Part shown: piece by piece, positions 53,697 to 64,000 of the stretch | Layout: the number at the start of each line of letters is the position of its first letter | How positions within the stretch are numbered: position 1 is the stretch's first letter | Source: the human T2T-CHM13v2.0 reference genome, Homo sapiens | Assembly: GCF_009914755.1 (NCBI RefSeq) | Contig: NC_060925.1 | Length of the DNA: 64,000 nt | Strand: one strand, 5' to 3' | Program-made: the position numbers and the translations under genes | Notes under the pieces: generated by a model | What the model saw: only the letters and a program-made list of their open reading frames with translations | Databases searched by the model: none | Told to the model about the DNA's origin: nothing

Positions 53697-54182
53697 ATGA
53701 GTTCTTACCAGCAGAAGCAGACCTTTACCCCACCACCTCAGCTTCAACAGCAGCAGGTGAAACAACCCAGCCAGCCTCCACCTCAGGAAATATTTGTTCC
53801 CACAACCAAGGAGCCATGCCACTCAAAGGTTCCACAACCTGGAAACACAAAGATTCCAGAGCCAGGCTGTACCAAGGTCCCTGAGCCAGGCTGTACCAAG
53901 GTCCCTGAGCCAGGTTGTACCAAGGTCCCTGAGCCAGGATGTACCAAGGTCCCTGAGCCAGGTTGTACCAAGGTCCCTGAGCCAGGCTACACCAAGGTCC
54001 CTGAGCCAGGCAGCATCAAGGTCCCTGACCAAGGCTTCATCAAGTTTCCTGAGCCAGGTGCCATCAAAGTTCCTGAGCAAGGATACACCAAAGTTCCTGT
54101 GCCAGGCTACACAAAGGTACCAGAGCCATGTCCTTCAACGGTCACTCCAGGCCCAGCTCAGCAGAAGACCAAGCAGAAGTAA
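53697..54182 (+). CDS. SPRR3: Small proline-rich protein 3 (esophagin), 161-aa allele
   Basis: MSSYQQKQTFTPPPQLQQQQVKQPSQPPP, tandem 24-bp PEPGxTKV repeats, QQKTKQK tail. Acceptor tctctAG at 53676-53677. Confidence 0.98.
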   Translation: MSSYQQKQTFTPPPQLQQQQVKQPSQPPPQEIFVPTTKEPCHSKVPQPGNTKIPEPGCTKVPEPGCTKVPEPGCTKVPEPGCTKVPEPGCTKVPEPGYTKVPEPGSIKVPDQGFIKFPEPGAIKVPEQGYTKVPVPGYTKVPEPCPSTVTPGPAQQKTKQK

Positions 54183-54487
54183 TTTGGTGCACAGACAAGC
54201 CCTTGAGAAGCCAACCACCAGATGCTGGACACCCTCTTCCCATCTGTTTCTGTGTCTTAATTGTCTGTAGACCTTGTAATCAGTACATTCTCACCCCAAG
54301 CCATAGTCTCTCTCTTATTTGTATCCTAAAAATACGTACTATAAAGCTTTTGTTCACACACACTCTGAAGAATCCTGTAAGCCCCTGAATTAAGCAGAAA
54401 GTCTTCATGGCTTTTCTGGTCTTCGGCTGCTCAGGGTTCATCTGAAGATTCGAATGAAAAGAAATGCATGTTTCCTGCTCTGCCCTC

Positions 54488-54493
54488 ATTAAA
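54488..54493 (+). terminator. SPRR3: SPRR3 polyadenylation signal (ATTAAA)
   Basis: ATTAAA at the position homologous to the SPRR1A AATAAA, followed by ttttaattcca...tggctgtgtgtgtca. Confidence 0.75.
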
Positions 54494-54907
54494 TTGCTTT
54501 TAATTCCAGTCTTGGCTGTGTGTGTCATTGGCAGAATCTTCCTCCTTCCTTGTTTCCCCATTGTGAGTCAGGACCTATAGACAGAGAGGAGTTGATGTAG
54601 AAGTCATCTATTTAACCCCAGTACTGTTTGTTTCTATGGGTGTATGGGGGTACAGTTGAGGTGTTCCTGGAATGGCAATGGGCCTGGTGTGATGTTGAAT
54701 AGAAGTTGTCACTTTGGGCAGCCACAGGCTCTCCTCTTGCACTGGACTGAGTCATGCCTGACTCCAAGCCACCTGTTCCAAGACACCTCTGATCCTCAGT
54801 ATCCTGACAACAAATCTCCTGTTTGTTCCAAGAAAACTTTACTCCTACATATTTTGACTGGACAGTCTATTTTTCTTCATTTGTTTTACCTTCTAGATAC
54901 CCCACCA

Positions 54908-54947
<40 letters not shown>

Positions 54948-55265
54948 CATTCACAAAGAGAAACATTCATTTTAAATAGCCACACAGTCACATAATCATT
55001 CACACAAGCTCTAACCTCTCTATCTCAGACAATGTTATTTTTTCTAAGTAACTCTTATGTGCAGAGATCCCTAAAGATGGACCAGCAAGAGAGAGAGAGG
55101 AGGATACGCAGCACCTCCCTTGTAGAATTTGCAGTCTTGTTTACGAGTTAGGATATTCATGCCCTTCTAATACAAATGAGTACACAACCATACACACAAA
55201 CACACACACACACACTCCCAGTGGTGTTCCAAAATAACCCTCAGAAATCTATTAAGTGATTTTTA

Positions 55266-59228
<3,963 letters not shown>

Positions 59229-60844
59229 TATTAAGTGATTTTTAAAACAGATCAGTTTAAAAGGGATTGCAAGGAGAAGGAGTGCTTGATCCAATTTAGG
59301 TGAATTATTAGCAACAAATTTGTTAGAAAGCAGGTCATTAAGCTACAGAATGTCAGGCAGGAGTAAAAAGGGAGTTAAACAGTACATAATAGAGTTCCTG
59401 CATTTCAAGATAAAAAACTGATTTCCGGAAAGGCAGAGAAAAGTAATTAAGATCAATCAAAAATTATTTCAGAATCACACCTGGAGTCCAGTTCCCTAGG
59501 TTCCCAGCCAGCCCTCTACTCTTTCTCCTGCAGCCTAGTCTTGTTTTCAGGAGTGACTGAGAAAGTTTGTGGTCTCTGTTGGGCTGGTCTGGAATACTAG
59601 GGAGCTGTTTCCAGAAGCAGTGAAGCCAACATAAAATTTCAGAAGGGTCATTGCAGTCACTGAGGGGTGAACCCTATTTTTCGAGAAGGTGGGTGGGCCA
59701 TAATATCAAACAGGTGTGAGGTAGGCGGTAGGTAGCACCTGCACAGTATAGCATTGGCAAGAACTCAGAGACACCTAGAAACAGTAGACTGTAGAAATTG
59801 TCCAACAAGGTAATGAGTAGTTGCCAAACTGGCAGGAGAGAGTAAAGTCACTCAGGTCTGCTAGATATGTATGTGTTAAAATGGCTTCATATTATTGCTG
59901 ATTTCAGTGATGGAAAAGTCTAGAGACAACTCCAGGACTAACTACAATTAAATAGGCTGATCCAGAATGGAGAAATGTGTTCTATAGTATGCAGCTATTA
60001 TGCATATAAAGTAGCTCAAACATTTTAAAGGGGAGTTTGGACAGGAAGCACAAAAAGATTTAAAGATCTGCCTGACCGTTGAGCCATGAATTCTATTCTA
60101 GAAATTCATTAAGAATTATTCATGCATGTACACAAAGATTTATACATCAAGATATTCATTTCAGCATTGTATCTAATAGTAAAAAGCTGGTAAGAACCTA
60201 AATGCATACTAGTGAATAACGGCATCCATAATTGATGGAGTGTCCATGTATTAAAATTACACAGCAGCTATTAAAGGAAATATTACAGAAGAATTATTAA
60301 TCATATTGAAAAATGATCAGGTTATATTTAAAAAGCAAGCCCCAAACAATATAAGCAAAAAAGAATCTTGTGAATAATACATGCATGAAAGTCGATTTAT
60401 ATAAAAAAAATCCTGATACAAAATTCAGCAAAATATAACTGGTTATTTCTTCCTGTTCACATAATATTGTTCATTTGCTTTTTTGAATGGCTCTGTTTTT
60501 TCTTATTATATAATATGTAAAGTTATTTCATTTTTAAAACATTTTATCACGATATTAAAAATACAGAAGTCAGTGAAGATGCTGCTGAGCTAAGGAAAAA
60601 TGTGTGTCCTGCTTATCCAGAACATTCCTCAGGCTCTACACAGATCCCAGATGAACAGTAAAATGGTGGGGGCCTCCCTTCCATGTTGAAGTAGGGTCCA
60701 TGGAGATAAATGCTTCAACGTGCCTGGTAGAAGGCTGATGCCAAGGAACCCTAAACCTTTAGAGTAAATGGAGAGGACAGAACTACTCTCCTATCTTCTC
60801 GCCCTTCCTTCCTTTAGTCATTCTTGCCTCTCTACAAAGGTTAG

Positions 60845-63110
60845 TTGGAATGCTTTACCGAAAAGTGCTTTGTAAGCACAGACTCCATAAAATCAACCTT
60901 AGCTTCTTAAAAACTGTCTGGTCACAACTGGGTCTATGTGTCATTTTCAAATATGACATTTCAGTCAAAGCCTTGGTTATAGAACCAAGATTTTCAGTTA
61001 TATCCAGTTACAAGAAGGATAAATTCCTATTGGACATATGCAAATAATTATGTCTTCATGAAAATAAGAATCCTCAACGAGTGCCAAATTCTAGAGGGAT
61101 TAGGCAAGGAGAAAACGATAAATGTTCTATTTCTGTTTATAAAAGTATAATCTAATTATTGTTGCAAGTTATGGAAACTGTAAAAGAGAAAGAAGTGTCT
61201 TATAATCCATTCAGAAAATAGAACATAAAAGAATCAACAATGTTTCAAGTAAAAATCCATAAATATTATAATTGCACTTCATCAGTTCATCTGGTACCTG
61301 TAATTAATTTTTGTTCTGGTTGATCTTGGGTTAGCAGTTTTATCAACCAATCAGTTTCTCCAATATAGTTCTGGAAATCCTTACTCAGTCTAGTGGGATG
61401 GTCTTAAAGTCATTTAAGCAATGCAATCAGAAGCCTGCACTCTAGTGTATCTGTTATAGATTTTTTTCCATGTGTCCCTGAGACTTTTCCTTTTTATTTA
61501 AGATTAAGCATTTTGGCTTGTAACTTATTAAAAACGGTTTCATACGGGAATCAGAGTAAAACAAAAACTATCTGTGCATGACAAGACTTAAAACGGCTAT
61601 GGTTAAAGATATGATAATGTGTCCAGAATTTAGTCCTTCCGGTGGGTTCTTGGACTTGCTGACTTCAAGAATGAAGCCGCGGACCCTCACGGTGAGTGTT
61701 ACAGTTCTTAAAGATAGTGTGTCTGGAGTTTGTTCCTTCAGATGTTCAGATGTGTCCAGAGTTTCTTCCTTCTGGTGGGTTCGTGGTCTCACTGACTTCA
61801 GGAGTGAAGCTGCAGGCCTTCACGGTGAGTGTTACAGCTGTTAAAGGTGGCGTGTCCAGAGTTGTTTGTTCCTCCCAGTAGGTTTGTGGTCTCGCTGACT
61901 TCAGGAATGAAGCTGCAGACCCCCGCAGTGTTACAGCTCATAAAGGTAGTGCAGACCCAAACAGTGAGCAGGAGCTAAATTTATTGTGAAGAGCAAAAAG
62001 ACAAAGCCTCCACAGCAAAAGCCTCCACAGCATGGAAGGGGACCCGAGCTGGTTGCCTCTGCTGCCTCGGGTGGCCAGCTTTTATTCCCTTATTTTTCCC
62101 CGCCCACATTCTGCTGATTGGTCCATTTTACAGAGCACTGATTGGTCCATTTTACAGAGTGCTGATTGGTCCGTCTTTGCAGAGTGCTGATTGGTGCGTT
62201 TACAAACTTTAGCTAGACACAGAGTGCTGACTGGTGCGTTTTTACAGAGTGCTGATTGGTGCACTTACAAACCTTTAGCTAGATGCAGAGAGCTGATTGG
62301 TGCGTTTTTACAGAGTGCTGATTGGTGCATTTACAATCCTCTAGCTAGACAGAAAAGTTCTCCAAGTACCCACTCTACCCAGGAAGTCCAGCTGGCTTCA
62401 CCTGTCAATAAGAGTTTATTATTAAGTAATTGACAAGGAAATTTGGTTGTCTCTGTCATAGATATTTAAAACAACAACCAGATTTATGACTAAAATTATC
62501 CCAAGGCATATCCTGAGCAGTGGAGGTATTGACAAATTCCTATGAATGTCAAACAATTTCTGAAATAGTCGTGTTAATAATATTTATCCATGCAAATATC
62601 ACATAGAGAAGGTTAACCATCTCTTCTCATTTGACAACACATTTAATGCAATTTAACTATCAAAAACCATTACTTTGTTTAAAATTTCTCTTTTTACAAG
62701 GTGAAAGAAAAAAATCTTTCATGATTTCCAGGGGCCCTCTGGGAAATATTAAGGTCAATTTGAGATCAAGATTTCATTTCAGGTTTTATTTTGGGAAGGC
62801 AAAACTGCCAAAAATGTTAAAAGGTTTGAACACTTGACTAAATAAGATTATTGATCACTATGAAACCATACTTGCCTACCTAGTTAACCAAAGTGACTAT
62901 AAAAAACTACAAAAGTAACTATAGGAAGGTACCTTATTGTAAAATACCTTAGTTTTTTTTTCAAAGAGAGAAGACTTGGTTGTTTTAAATAGTCAGGACA
63001 TGGAAAAGGTCAACATAAAGCATAGGACATCATTCTGATAAGACACAGAACCTTTGTTTCCCAGGCAGTTACATAGAAAGTAAACTAAACAAAACCTTTT
63101 ATAGTCTCTT
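60845..63110 (-). mobile_element. Decayed ERV1 (MER4-group-like) internal sequence interrupted by LTR12
   Basis: AT-rich motifs such as tcaaatatgacatttcagtcaaagccttgg and gttctggaaatccttactcagtctag on both sides of the LTR12. Family called from recall only. Confidence 0.45.
61618..62407 (-). mobile_element. LTR12-family (ERV9) solo LTR
   Basis: TG...CA ends, TSD ataa (61614-61617, 62408-62411), repeated ctgacttcaggagtgaagctgcag units and tandem gctgattggt (CCAAT) units. Confidence 0.92.
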
Positions 63111-63814
63111 ATTTTTTTTTCTTTTTTTCCCTCTGCATTCCTCTAGTCAATCTTGGCTGCCACAATCACAGACAAAAAGCATGAGGACATTTTTCTTCTT
63201 GCATCTGTGGTGGAAACTTTAGCAGCAGACAATACCTGCTCCAGGCATGTCAGATAGATGCATTTCAATCTTGTAAGGAGCAGGACATCCAACCATGGGG
63301 TTACAACTCCTGGCTGACTGACCACTGTGCGACTATAAACATTGATAATCAAATGAAGGAAGGTCCTTGGTTATAATAGACACAATATGGCAGCAGGGTG
63401 CTTAAGATGCCACCGTGTGCTGTGGACAAATGTATATCACCCTTTTTGTTGTAGATGGAAAGTTATTGAACAGAATCTAAAATTACAACCAGTTCCTGTT
63501 GGGGTTAAAGAAGTAGGCATTCCATGGTGGATACAAATTATCCTGGAGAATGCCCCACCCAAAAACAAGGGAGACTCTGAGAGGCCTTATGGAATACTTA
63601 GACTAAATCACATCTGGATGTGACCACCACTCCTTTAACCCCAATGTAGGCGTCCAACATTTTGGGTACAAAACGTGGCTAACTGCTCTCAGGCCATTAG
63701 TACACAATGGCAACAATAAGCATGCTGGATTAAACAATATTGGCCCACCTGACAGAAAAGGGCTTTAGGGAACATAGGTGCTGATATAAGCATTGTGGGA
63801 CGATCTAAATTCCT

Positions 63815-64000
63815 CACCCTTTCTTAAACAGTTTTATGAAGCTATAATTCACATACCGTACAATTCACCAATTTGAAGTATACAATTAAATTAACTTTAG
63901 TATATTCACAAATATGTGTAACCATCACAACAGTGAATTTCAGCACAATTTCATCACTGAAAAAAGAAAATGCCACCTTCAGCTATCATCCTCCTATTTT
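63815..64000 (-). mobile_element. L1MB-type 3' end
   Basis: ataattcacataccgtacaattcacc...tagtatattcacaaatatgtgtaaccatcac. Confidence 0.7.

Noticed and set aside
53794-54270. 158-aa alternative-frame ORF and antisense ORFs over SPRR3 (also antisense ORFs over SPRR1A)
   Set aside because: By-products of stop-free 24-bp repeats; the 158-aa frame starts at TTG.

Overview
Primate DNA, most consistent with human 1q21.3 (epidermal differentiation complex). The window holds three intact + strand small proline-rich protein genes in the order SPRR4 (CDS 22557-22796), SPRR1A (35897-36166) and SPRR3 (53697-54182). Each has a TATA box, a short non-coding exon 1 and a single coding exon; SPRR3 also has an optional middle exon. 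The SPRR3 allele encodes 161 aa with five PEPGCTKV units. Most of the rest is retroelement and DNA-transposon sequence: Alus, MIR/L2, two 5'-inverted young L1s, old L1M copies, solo LTRs (MER41A, MER31, MER34, LTR12) and Charlie1 and MER53 pieces. Best leads: (1) an apparent fourth, decayed SPRR4-like gene between SPRR1A and SPRR3 (~42800-43975) with donor and acceptor sequences nearly identical to SPRR4's and a 72-codon Pro/Cys-rich ORF; (2) a 96-codon out-of-frame upstream ORF created by the SPRR3 middle exon; (3) a duplicated minus-strand exon-like module near the left end; (4) several template-switch scars, one over the SPRR4 branch-point region. Repeat subfamily calls and comparisons with reference alleles come from recalled consensus sequences, not from database searches.
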